This document shows positions 1 through 10,900 of a stretch of 64,000 nucleotides of DNA, piece after piece (the stretch's first letter is position 1; each line of letters starts with the position of its first letter). The translations under genes were made by a program, and so were the position numbers. The notes under the pieces are model-generated. The model ran no database searches. It was not told the origin of the DNA and saw only the letters and a list, made by a program, of their open reading frames with translations. The stretch is from a virus: UHGV virus genome UHGV-0176771, one strand, 5' to 3'.

Positions 1-2437
1 CCATTTCTCGATCAACAAAAATAACTTTTCCAGTAGTCCATTCTTTTCCAACATCAAGTTCTACACCATTTTGTCTTCTATAATATTTATACGTTCCTTT
101 TGGAAGATCCTCGTCAGAGGCATCCTCCCATGTAGCTCCATTATATTTTTTTAATTTCACAGTTTTTGCTACCTTGTCAATATGATAATAGAAGTCATTT
201 TCTACTGCCGTTTTTGGGGCTGTAACAGAGAATGTTGTTGATTTGATAGGATCAATTTCCTTACCATTTAAGTACGCAATCGTATAAACAGCACCATATG
301 TTGTTTCATTAGTGAGCTGATTACCGATGGAGCATAATACCTGTAAATCAATTGGGTCATTTTTATCGGTTACTGTCCAATATGCAATATATTGTTTTCC
401 GCCATAGGTAGCCTCACATTTAAAAGATGCGAGAGATTCCACCATAGAAGGAGTAACAGTAAGTTTATTTTTAGTTTCGCTATCTAAAACATCGTATCTT
501 CCATCAGTAAATTTATACCATTTGTATGTAATACCAGATTCAATAATTGCGCTTCCGTCTGTAAGTTGTGTTGTAAGCTCAACACTATTTGCACCATTTA
601 CAATGACATCTCCTTGTGGGGCGTAAATCTGAAGCAACACAGCATTTGTTGCCTGTATGCTTTTTGTCCATCCAAATTTCTTCACTACAGATACACCTTC
701 CACTGTAAATGTAAGCGAAAATGTTCCTGACAAATCAGATGCTGAACCAAGTGCATTTCCGGCAGGAATACTAATAACTAACAACCCATCATTAGACGCA
801 GTTCCAGCAGTATTCGTTCTTACAGTAACACCAGATGGTAAACTTCCTGGTGTACATTTTGCAGCCACACGACTTAATCCCTTATAAGCATAAAAAGGTA
901 TATTAAGCTCTTTTGCAATCTTTACTGTTCCATCTGAATTACATGGAATAACTTCTGCTTCATTTCCAAGAATAACAGAAATAGAATCTTTGCCAGGTGC
1001 TCCGTCACCACCGTCTTGACCGTCAACTGTTACCATTACAGTTTGAGTATCTAATTTTGTAGTTGTACCACCAGATGCATATAATTCACATCGTATTGCT
1101 CTTACCGTAATATTGGATGGAGTATACACCTTACTTGATTCATCACTTGCAGACGTATATTTTGCAGTGCCAAAACTTAATCCATCTGTGGACTCAAAGA
1201 TTTTAAATCTTCCATTATATACCGTTTGACTTACTGCAGCACCTACTTGCTTTGCAGCAGAAAACGTAACATTTGCTGGGAGAAAGGCATTATTTTTTCC
1301 AAGATTCATAGATAAAGTGGATGTCTCAAGAGAATAAATTACCGCATCAGAACCGTCAACTCCGGCACGTTGTTTAATAAGAGAAAATCTCTTTTTTAAG
1401 GCTGTAGATTTCAAAGTGCATGAAAATTCAACATGACCAACGTCTACATTGTCATCCATTTTTGTAACAGTATATTTGTTGCCAATAAATGTTCCTTGAA
1501 TACCTTCACTAGGAACGGCACTTATAGCCCATTTTGATGTCACATCAATTCCGCCTTCAAAAACACTTACGCTCGTTTCAGCTCCTTTATATCCTGTATC
1601 TGGGTTTATATAACCACTTGAATTACACGGAAGAGTATGACTTTCATTACTTAATACTACTGCGACTGTACTATTACCCGCAGCACCATCTCTAATTTTT
1701 GTAATCGTATGGATATCATAGACGGAAGAGTCATTTGTAACCAACTTGATAACTGCTGTATCATTTGTAAATAATGCATTTTCAGAGGCTTTAATTACAA
1801 TAGATGCTCCATTAATGGATGGGTTATGTGTTGTAGTCATTGCAACAAATTCACCTGTAGCACTTTTATACTGCCACTGAGAAATGCTTACATTTGTACA
1901 ATTTGCTGTTAATGTGATTGTGTCTACACCGACAAGGGCTTGTGAAGAATTGTACAAAAAGACAGACTCACCAGAAATTGAACAATACTTTGCTTCCGTA
2001 GCCTGTTTTGATAGAGAAAATGTCATTTGAGCCTGTGTCTCTATAGTAATATTCGTGTTTGTATCTGTATATTGCACATTTGCAATATATGTCAAAATTC
2101 CACTTTGAATTGTACTTAAAAAATTCTGAGATACGGTCAAGGTTCCATTTTTAACAGTTTCTCCTGCTTTTAATTCTTCAGCAGGATTTGACCCTTCTTG
2201 CCTTTTCCATGTCACAGATAATCCTGTTTTTGGAAAAGTTAATTGTTCATCATTTAAATATACAACTGGGGTCAAAACCAAATTATTTTTGCTCCAATCT
2301 GGGGTATATACTGTTTCAACCCCATTTGGATTTTCAATAACAGTCTGTGGAAGACTGCTTGTTATATATAAATTTAAGCGACCTACATCTGTAGCGTCTG
2401 TAATAGTAATCGAACTATATGCTTTTGCTAAAGCCAT
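1..2437 (-). CDS. Tail fibre / receptor-binding protein with Ig-like repeats, partial (C-terminus beyond window start)
   Basis: Open minus-strand frame from ATG at 2437 (AGGAGG 6 nt upstream) through coordinate 1. Last gene of the TMP-Dit-Tal-fibre order. N-terminus MALAKAYSSITITDATDVGRLNLYI... Confidence 0.55.
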   Translation of the reverse strand, partial: MALAKAYSSITITDATDVGRLNLYITSSLPQTVIENPNGVETVYTPDWSKNNLVLTPVVYLNDEQLTFPKTGLSVTWKRQEGSNPAEELKAGETVKNGTLTVSQNFLSTIQSGILTYIANVQYTDTNTNITIETQAQMTFSLSKQATEAKYCSISGESVFLYNSSQALVGVDTITLTANCTNVSISQWQYKSATGEFVAMTTTHNPSINGASIVIKASENALFTNDTAVIKLVTNDSSVYDIHTITKIRDGAAGNSTVAVVLSNESHTLPCNSSGYINPDTGYKGAETSVSVFEGGIDVTSKWAISAVPSEGIQGTFIGNKYTVTKMDDNVDVGHVEFSCTLKSTALKKRFSLIKQRAGVDGSDAVIYSLETSTLSMNLGKNNAFLPANVTFSAAKQVGAAVSQTVYNGRFKIFESTDGLSFGTAKYTSASDESSKVYTPSNITVRAIRCELYASGGTTTKLDTQTVMVTVDGQDGGDGAPGKDSISVILGNEAEVIPCNSDGTVKIAKELNIPFYAYKGLSRVAAKCTPGSLPSGVTVRTNTAGTASNDGLLVISIPAGNALGSASDLSGTFSLTFTVEGVSVVKKFGWTKSIQATNAVLLQIYAPQGDVIVNGANSVELTTQLTDGSAIIESGITYKWYKFTDGRYDVLDSETKNKLTVTPSMVESLASFKCEATYGGKQYIAYWTVTDKNDPIDLQVLCSIGNQLTNETTYGAVYTIAYLNGKEIDPIKSTTFSVTAPKTAVENDFYYHIDKVAKTVKLKKYNGATWEDASDEDLPKGTYKYYRRQNGVELDVGKEWTTGKVIFVDREM

Positions 2438-2448
2438 AAAAATCCTCC

Positions 2449-5400
2449 TTAGAAAACTGCTCTTGCGAGTTCTTTATCTTCATTAAAAAAGGAACAAGTG
2501 AAACTTGCCCCGCCAAATACATCTTCGTTTGTAATATGCAAACCTTTTGTTCCGTTTGCATGTGCCATATTCCAATAATGATCACCATCAGAGTCTGGAG
2601 ATTGCCTCGTCCATATAAAATGCGTTTCATCGTACATATCTGTTACATTGCTCTGACCAAGATATAACGTTGGTGAGAGAGTGGTGTTTATCATACCTGG
2701 TCTAAAAACAACTCCGTTTGATGAATATATACTCATAGTATATGGTGTAGAAACTTTAATTCCGTCAATCTGCGTCTGCATATTTGAAAACTGTTTTTCA
2801 ATAGTTGTGAACGATGCATTGATTCCTTCACCGTTTACAACAACATCAGATACATGAATTTTCCCATCTGCATCTTGTTCTACAGCTTGAAAAGCCAGTT
2901 TATCCTTTGCAATTGTATTATTTGCGATCATATCGTTTTTAATTAAACCATCTTCGATTGCAGAATCTTTAATACCTGTAGAATCTATCAGAACACCTTT
3001 TCCAGTTTCGTCATATAAACAAAATGTGAAATTATCATTATTATCTCTTCCTATTTGAATACGTACAACGTTATTTTTATCTTTAAATTGCATTGTGTTT
3101 TCTACAATAGAAATGCCACCATCATCTGATCCAATCTGAAATTGGTCTGTTGATATTTTACTCGCTTTCAACATATCAACCGTAATACGAGCTGCAATCA
3201 ACTCACTAATGACCGCTTCATCAATCACAACATTCTGTGCTGTAAGTTTGATAATATGTCCAAGTTCAGCAGACACGTTTCCTGAAATCAAATTGTCAAT
3301 ATTTGCAACATAAGCAGCTAACTTTTTGAAATCACCAGATTGAGCAACAATCTGTCCAGCAGAAATAAGTTCCGCCTGTAAGTACTGGAAGAAACCATTT
3401 TCTGCATGAATGTTGATACACTTGATCATTTCTGCTTCAAGCGTTCCCGGAGTAATATAATCACCGCCACCACCACCGATGATACTTCCGCCAGAACCAT
3501 TTACGATATTCTGTACTTTATTTGTAAAAGCAGAAGACTGTAACAGTTTCTGTAAAATCTCATAAATGTTATCATCTGTGATTTGCAGATTTCCTACATA
3601 ATTGTTTCTGGCTCCGCCACCTCCAAGATTTGATCCTGTCCCAAGAATTGAGATAAAATCATTTCTTTTAGACCTTGATTTGATCATATTTGAAAATGTA
3701 ATAGTAAAATTGTTGTCAAATAGAAATGGGTTATAAGAAATATTCATCACACGTAATTTTACAAAATAATCATCTCTGATTCCGAGCCAAATAAAATTCC
3801 CGAAATCTAAAGTTCTTGCATGTAATTCTGTTCCAGATGCAGAAATTAAATTGTCTGTATCAGTTGAATATATGACTTGTGGAACAGAAGAGGCTTCTAA
3901 TTCCTCTAACGCAATACGGCATAGTTCCTGTTGTACAGTTACAATATCCCTAAGTGAATCCTGTGTACTTATAAAAATGTTTTCATTTGTGTATGTCGTA
4001 GGATTAGTGATGTGATAAAGTTCTGCCAGTTCCTCTTTGGTAAAACCACCTAATTCATTGTCAGCCCATGTTTCTAATGCCATGTCTTGACCAAGAGCAG
4101 TACGTTTCTTGCCAAGTTCTTTCTGTTTTTCTTCCTCTACCTTTGCCTCTTCTCTACGTTTCTTTAATGCTGCAGCACAAGAATCTGCATTTTTCTCGTC
4201 AAGTTGATATGCGTTCTTTTCATAAATTTCATGTTTTCCTTTAAACCCATCTTCTGTTAAAGGTGGATATTTTTCTGGATCTTCTTTTGAAAGTTCTTGA
4301 TATCTTTCCCACGTTAAGTCATAGTGACTTTTCTGCAACAACTTAACTTGATCCTGATATGCAGTTAATTTTACTTCCAGTTCATTGATTCCATAATATT
4401 CCCATGTTGTTTCATAATCTTCGATAAAATCCATTTCACCTTCAGACGTTGGTAATTTTCGATTATCGAATTCAATTTGAATATTAGGGAGAATTGTATC
4501 CACGATTTGATGATAGATATTTGCGTCTGGAGATGCATTAAGAGCATCGATATCAAATTTCCCGTCCTCATCTACATATATTTTTTCGTAACCAAGTTTC
4601 TGTGCTTCGTATTCTTTTTTCAGAGCAGTTAGTGCTTCATCTGATAATTTATGCCAGTTACTTGGATCACAGTCTCCGGTAGGAATTCGAATATAAATCT
4701 CAGTGATTTTATCTTGTAATTCATTCCATTCTTTTGACATCTTTGTATAATCAATTCTTGCCTGTACACAAAAATCAAACCATGCTTTATATTTTTTAAT
4801 CGTAGAATCGGAAAGATATTTATTATTTAGCCAGAACCGATCAAGATAAAATAAATTATTATTTCCGCCATTTACCTGTTCAATTCCTAAATCGTTTGCG
4901 CCGGATACACGATATTTAGTATAAATGTGTTCATCATCTACTGATACATCAGCAGAATTCTGGACATTACGATATCCGATTGTAATGTTTGTTTCTTTCC
5001 CAAAATTTTCTACACGATAAAAGTTCACAACAAGATTCTTAAAGTCAAATTCTACAATACAGTTAAAAAACTTTTCAAAATCTTGCGTTAAAAATGTATA
5101 CGTATCTTTATAGTCAACATCAAAAGTTCCGATTTCATCTTTTAGATAAACCAGCTTCTTTTTAATTTCTCCATTTTCAATTGTTTCGTATTCTTTTGGG
5201 ATATTGTCGATATGACCGATTTTCCATCCAGGAACTTTTTCAATTAAGATGTTTACAAGACTAAGTTGAGGTGTTAGCTCATTGTAAAATTTGATCTGTT
5301 CTTTTGCAAATTCTACACCATCAACTTCTTCCACATTACCTTCAACCAGCATTTCAAGAGAATCTGTAGTTCCGCAATTCACTTTCCAACCATCAAGAGG

Positions 5401-5751
5401 AATCTGCCCGTATTCTCCTTGTGCAGAATTTGCAGTTACAGTTTTATATTCTCTTGTACCTATACCATGTGTTTCTGGGCTGTCCATAATGAACCATCCA
5501 AGAGTAGAAATATAAATCTTCATATATTTAGATAACCAGTTATAAGCAGAAGATTCTATCATTCGTCCATCATCTGTTTCTATGTACTGATTCACATCAA
5601 AAGTGATAGAAGAAACATCGTTGCACACCCCTTCAAAATTCACTGTTGAAATATCTATTCCGTTAATTGCACAAAGAAAAATTCTACTTGGAGTTGCAAG
5701 GTACGCGACTGGCTGTTCATGTCTTCCATATAAATCATAATTCAGTTGCAA
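2449..5751 (-). CDS. Tail-associated protein Tal (prophage tail endopeptidase-like N-terminal region, Gly-rich segments), 1100 aa
   Basis: 1100-aa ORF immediately downstream of the Dit-like gene. Size, position and glycine-rich stretches are typical of siphovirus Tal/minor structural proteins. Confidence 0.55.
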   Translation of the reverse strand: MQLNYDLYGRHEQPVAYLATPSRIFLCAINGIDISTVNFEGVCNDVSSITFDVNQYIETDDGRMIESSAYNWLSKYMKIYISTLGWFIMDSPETHGIGTREYKTVTANSAQGEYGQIPLDGWKVNCGTTDSLEMLVEGNVEEVDGVEFAKEQIKFYNELTPQLSLVNILIEKVPGWKIGHIDNIPKEYETIENGEIKKKLVYLKDEIGTFDVDYKDTYTFLTQDFEKFFNCIVEFDFKNLVVNFYRVENFGKETNITIGYRNVQNSADVSVDDEHIYTKYRVSGANDLGIEQVNGGNNNLFYLDRFWLNNKYLSDSTIKKYKAWFDFCVQARIDYTKMSKEWNELQDKITEIYIRIPTGDCDPSNWHKLSDEALTALKKEYEAQKLGYEKIYVDEDGKFDIDALNASPDANIYHQIVDTILPNIQIEFDNRKLPTSEGEMDFIEDYETTWEYYGINELEVKLTAYQDQVKLLQKSHYDLTWERYQELSKEDPEKYPPLTEDGFKGKHEIYEKNAYQLDEKNADSCAAALKKRREEAKVEEEKQKELGKKRTALGQDMALETWADNELGGFTKEELAELYHITNPTTYTNENIFISTQDSLRDIVTVQQELCRIALEELEASSVPQVIYSTDTDNLISASGTELHARTLDFGNFIWLGIRDDYFVKLRVMNISYNPFLFDNNFTITFSNMIKSRSKRNDFISILGTGSNLGGGGARNNYVGNLQITDDNIYEILQKLLQSSAFTNKVQNIVNGSGGSIIGGGGGDYITPGTLEAEMIKCINIHAENGFFQYLQAELISAGQIVAQSGDFKKLAAYVANIDNLISGNVSAELGHIIKLTAQNVVIDEAVISELIAARITVDMLKASKISTDQFQIGSDDGGISIVENTMQFKDKNNVVRIQIGRDNNDNFTFCLYDETGKGVLIDSTGIKDSAIEDGLIKNDMIANNTIAKDKLAFQAVEQDADGKIHVSDVVVNGEGINASFTTIEKQFSNMQTQIDGIKVSTPYTMSIYSSNGVVFRPGMINTTLSPTLYLGQSNVTDMYDETHFIWTRQSPDSDGDHYWNMAHANGTKGLHITNEDVFGGASFTCSFFNEDKELARAVF

Positions 5752-6825
5752 TTAGATCAGTGCTCCTTTCCTTGGCTCCAAGTAAGAAATATTTAAAGTT
5801 ACATTTCCAAACACTCTAAAAGTGTTATGTCCATGAATCAACCGCACCCAGTAAATATTGTCTTCCGCTTGAATACCAACACGTTCAAATACTACTGGTC
5901 TATCAAGTTCATCATAGAATGCTAAATTTTTACAATCCAATTTCAATTCCAAGTCACGCTGAGTCTGGCAGTAGAAAAATCCGCCCTGAAAAATATAATA
6001 CTGCCCGTTTTCAATATAGTACGCGCCATACTTATTCTTCACTCCGTAAGAATCAGTAAGATAGAATAGGATAGCAGTATTATTGCATACAGATACCACA
6101 TGACTATCTTTGTCATATACATATTCAAGAGTACACCCATTCATTTTTGCGTAATTTTCAATTTTATTCATCAATAATTGTAACGTCAATTTGTTTGTGG
6201 ATTGTAATGAGATTGTGCCAGATTCAAGTGTTTTACTGTCTGACAGATTATGGATATAGATTTGTTCTGTTGCTTTGGGATAAATATTAATAACTGGATA
6301 TACATATCCGTATTTGTCGCTGCTTGTATTTTGCAACATAAAGTTTTTACTACGTGTAATGATTTGTTGATCTTGTTTTTCTACATAAGAAAATGGCGAA
6401 TTGCATGTGAATGTACATCGTAAACCGTAACAAATTCCCCAATTCTCATATGGAGTGACAGAAGAGAAGTAGCCTTTTACTTTTACAATCTCGTCCTGTT
6501 GTGTTGTAATTTTTAACCATCTATGTTCTTGAGGTGATGTGAGCCATGAAACTGTCTCCTCGTATTCTTCTGTAGATAATTCTAATTCTTCCTGAGATGT
6601 ATTTACCTCGTAATCTTTTGTGATGTGTATTTCAAATACAAGTGTTTCTGTATATGTTGTTCCGAATCCAGTCACCTCTGGTCGATATTTATTCATTGTA
6701 GTAGATTCCATTTCTCTCACAATAGACGATGGAAGAGAAGTATCGTCATCAAAATTAACAGAAGAAAGATTCTGTTGCTTCAATGTTTGCTCATCAAATT
6801 CAAAATCTTTACATACTAGAATCAT
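5752..6825 (-). CDS. Distal tail protein (Dit)-like, 357 aa
   Basis: Lies between the tape measure gene and Tal. Its start abuts the Tal gene (5751/5752). Confidence 0.45.
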   Translation of the reverse strand: MILVCKDFEFDEQTLKQQNLSSVNFDDDTSLPSSIVREMESTTMNKYRPEVTGFGTTYTETLVFEIHITKDYEVNTSQEELELSTEEYEETVSWLTSPQEHRWLKITTQQDEIVKVKGYFSSVTPYENWGICYGLRCTFTCNSPFSYVEKQDQQIITRSKNFMLQNTSSDKYGYVYPVINIYPKATEQIYIHNLSDSKTLESGTISLQSTNKLTLQLLMNKIENYAKMNGCTLEYVYDKDSHVVSVCNNTAILFYLTDSYGVKNKYGAYYIENGQYYIFQGGFFYCQTQRDLELKLDCKNLAFYDELDRPVVFERVGIQAEDNIYWVRLIHGHNTFRVFGNVTLNISYLEPRKGALI

Positions 6826-7080
6826 ATAAATTCACCTCAACTTTCTTAAATTTTTATATCAAAAAAGGAGCTGAGAAAATTCTCAACTCCTTGTGTATTC
6901 GTTATTTATAAAGGGCAGGAATATTCGTTTGACAGAATATTCCAAATTATTTATAATGTAGGTTAGAGAACAGAATCAAACATTTTTATTCCAGGCTAGA
7001 TAGAGATGGTAGGCGGTTTGAGTCACGTCTGGATGGTGACATCTAGTTTATCGTATAGATACCCTTGCTAAGAAAGGAGG

Positions 7081-7182
7081 GTGATACAACGTGATAATTT
7101 GCGAACTTATTGCAGACATTGTGATTGGAGTCATTTCCTCTTACATAGTCAAGTTTATCGATAAGAAACGCAAAAATAACCG
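7081..7182 (+). CDS. Small hydrophobic peptide (33 aa, GTG start), type I toxin-like
   Basis: AAGGAGG at 7064-7070, GTG start 10 nt downstream. VIICELIADIVIGVISSYIVKFIDKKRKNNRHE: hydrophobic helix plus charged tail. Followed by a 9-bp-stem hairpin (AATAACCGC...GCGGTTATT). Confidence 0.3.
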
Positions 7183-7947
7183 CCATGAGTAAAGCGGTTA
7201 TTCTTGCTAATTGTTTAGTTTATTAGCCTTAATTCCACTAAAGGCTCAACCGTCTATAGGATTCTGGTCTCTTTTATTTTGCACACATCAATGTGCATTC
7301 ATTCAACCTATAGATAAAACCGCATTAACGGCTTCTTACTTTCTTTTATACTCACCTATTATAGCTTATTTTACTCGAAAAGTAAATATAAAACAAATAT
7401 AATTGCAATGTTTCTTTGTTGCACATCGCAAAGCATATTTTAAATAACAAACAATGTTTAATGGCACATTGCGAAACCAAATATAATTTGAACCCCAGCC
7501 TTTTATTAGCCACATACTGGGTAGCGGAAATAATTTAACCCCGTACCTTCTTTTTGACTGCTGATATATACGGTCACAGCAAATAATAGAATAGAAGAGT
7601 CACTGGTGATGACCTTTCTATTCATTTAAGGACTTTCTTTCAGAACATAGTTCCTAGTTAGGCTATGGGAAATCCTCGCACCTTTGTAAATCTCCATGTA
7701 AACCGGTTCCTAACCCGGCGTACACTTCAAAGATTATTTATAGCAGTCATATTACGCTGCATCACACCAGATTTTACTTAATTAGACAGCGTCCTGATAA
7801 AGCAGGCTATTCTATGGTAGTTTATCGTCCCCCAATAGAGAAAGTGAGCCGTCTCTTTCACTTTTACTTTTGGATATCCAAGGCATCTCTCCTATATTCA
7901 TATTCTCTTAATCACAAGCGGCAGGATAATAAATCCCACCGCTTATT

Positions 7948-10900
7948 TTAAAATGATCTGTGTACACCAGCTCTTTTGGCTTCTTTGGTAAATTCCTTTG
8001 TGACTCCTTCAATTACTTTCTTCATGCCAGGATAGGTTTCCTTGTCAATACTTCCTTGAACTTCTATCATCTTGTCATAGTAATTATTTGTTACATTAGG
8101 TCTTTCACCAAGGCTGTTTGCAATGTTCAGTGAACTATAAATATCATCTTTGTGTTCACCAAGATCCATAATGTTCTTTGACAGTCTTGCATTTACAACA
8201 GCATCACCATAAGTAATTGTCGTAGCTGTTCCTGTCAATGCACCACGCCTAACCATCATTTCAGGATTGTTTCCTTCATTGATACGAACAATTTCTGAAC
8301 CATTTACAAATTTCTTTGTTCCAGACGCATAACCTCTTAACTGGTCAAGACTTACCCAACCAAGGTCACGCTCTCCGAAACGAGGTGTTCTACTAATATG
8401 ATATTTCTTCTGTGCCCAATTAGCATTATTAACACTGGTAATATATACTTCCTGACCACGCATTTCATTTCCAGCAGGGGACTGACCGTCAGAAGAGTAG
8501 TAGTAATCTCCACTTGCGAATATTACTTTGTCTCCAACATTTGGTACTCCGTCTCCGCCACCATTATTACTCGGTGGTGGTGTAGTTGGTTTTGGTGGTT
8601 CTGGTTTTGGTGTGACAGTTACTGCACAACTATTTGTTGAAGTAGCTCCTCCACCATCTGTTGCAATTGCACTAATGGTAGTGCTACCTGCTTTGACAGC
8701 ATGAACAGTTCCATTTGCAACTGTAGCAACATTTGGATTTGATGACACCCACTGCAAGCTTTTATTTTTTGCATCATTTGGTCTGATTGTTGCCGAAACT
8801 GTGCCTGTAGAACCTTCCTGTATAGAAAGTGTCCCCGGACTTAATGTAATTTCTGCAACTGGTCTGTTTGATAAGTCTGGATTCTTACTGATATCACCTT
8901 GAATCTGGTCATTCTTATCCTGTGTTGTTCCGTTCTGAATCTGACCGGTATTCACATCCGTCCAATCATCCGGTCTATAATTAGGAGCATTAGTCATACT
9001 ATTGTCAACTTGATCTTGTGCTCCATTACTTGTACCAAGATTTCCAAGATTATTGGATAAATCTTTATTCGGTACAAATCCTGTACTGTTAATGATTTGC
9101 TGAATTTTGTCATAAGCCTGTTGGTAGTTTCCAACAATATTTCCAAGCATTTGAGATATTACTTGTTCCTGCTTTTCAGCATTTCGAGTAACATCATATA
9201 ATGTTTCCTCCAGCTGCTTATCGAGATCCTCACTCAAACCGTCCAGACCATTCTGGTGAACATCATATTCATGGTCATCACGGGTGTCTTGCATTTCTTC
9301 TTCGGCATCTCTAAGTTGTGCTTTTAACCTCTTTAATTCAGCCTGTGCACTCGCATTATTCGTGCCTTCGAGTGCAGCAATCTGAGCTTTCAATGTATTC
9401 ACATCTCTAGCCTGTTTACGCAGAGTCTTATTGTAATCAGCATTTTTCTTTTTGATATCCAATAATTCCTTCTGCTTATCAATCGATTTTTGAGCAACTT
9501 CATTCTCTTGCTCAAGCATCTTTGTATACAGATCAACAATAGAATCTTTGTAGTCTTCTACAATATTAACAGAGCTTGAAATCTGATTGAGAAATTCTTT
9601 TTGCTGCTCCTTATATTCACTTGTTGAGATATTCCCGTTCTTTAAATCCTCATCAAGCTTCTTCAATGCCTCTTGATAATTCTTAATCTGTTGTTTCGCA
9701 GCATTCATACCCTGACTAATCAAAGCCAAATTTGCAATACCATCAAGTGTTAATCCACCATTTTTCCCAACAAAAGCATCACTATTTAAAAGTCCTCTTA
9801 AATCATCTGTCTGGTCAATCAGATCACCTAATGCCTCCTGTCCATCAAAGAACGGTTGCCATCTTACTTCCCAGATTTTATTTTTGAGGTCTTCAATATT
9901 ATTCATTGCATCAAAGATAGCGTCATCGAGCTTTTCCATCTCTTCCGCATATTCATTATATTTGTCAGAACCGACATCATATTTTGCCTGATCTCGTAAT
10001 AGCTCTTGTCTCTTATTATAATTCGCTTGAATCTGTGCATTGGCATTATCAAGTTGCGCCTGTAAATCTTTTTCAGATATTTGTTCGCCTTTTGACTCTG
10101 TAAGGTCTGTGTTGTTCTCAAGACGTTTTGCAGTTCTGTCTAATTCATCGATTGCCTGTTGCAATTTCAATAAATCAAGTTCTCTTAGTTGGTCTTGCAA
10201 TTCGATCAATGTTGTTTCAGCTTCAGCAGCTTCTTGTCTGAATCCGTTTAATGCAGCTTGAGCTTCAAACCATTCCGTTGAGTATTCAGCCATATACCCA
10301 TTTGCCATGAGTTTATTGATTTCATCTTGATATGATTTAATCTGTGACTGTAATTTACCTGCAACATCCTGTTGATTTTTAATAGATTCTTGCAGAGAGC
10401 CATACATATTGTCGGAATATGCAGATTCTCCTTTTGCAGCCGCTAGTTCACGTAATGCTTCCTGATAATCTACAGCAGAGGACTCAATTCCAGTCATCAT
10501 ATCGATGTAATCTTCAATATTATCCAATGCTGTCTGCGCCAGTTCACTCTGTTTGTTTAAGAGGTCATCGTACTGTTTATTACAGTCTACGAGCTTATCA
10601 TAATAAGACTGTAGCTCACTGATTATTTTTTGAGTATCATCATCGTATTTTGAAATATCCATAGACCCGTTCTGAATCTGATGGACGATAAGTGGGTTTA
10701 TTCCACTCTGTCGCACAATAGAATCAAAATGACTTTGATAAGTCCCAATTGCTTGCTGAGTCCTATTCAGTAGTTCACTGTTCTTAGACATTGCCTCATA
10801 CAGTTTCTGTTGCTTATCTGGGAGGTGTGCGATACGCTCCATTTGACTCATCAATAAATCATACTGTGATTCTAGCCGTTGAAATAACACCTCAACCCAG

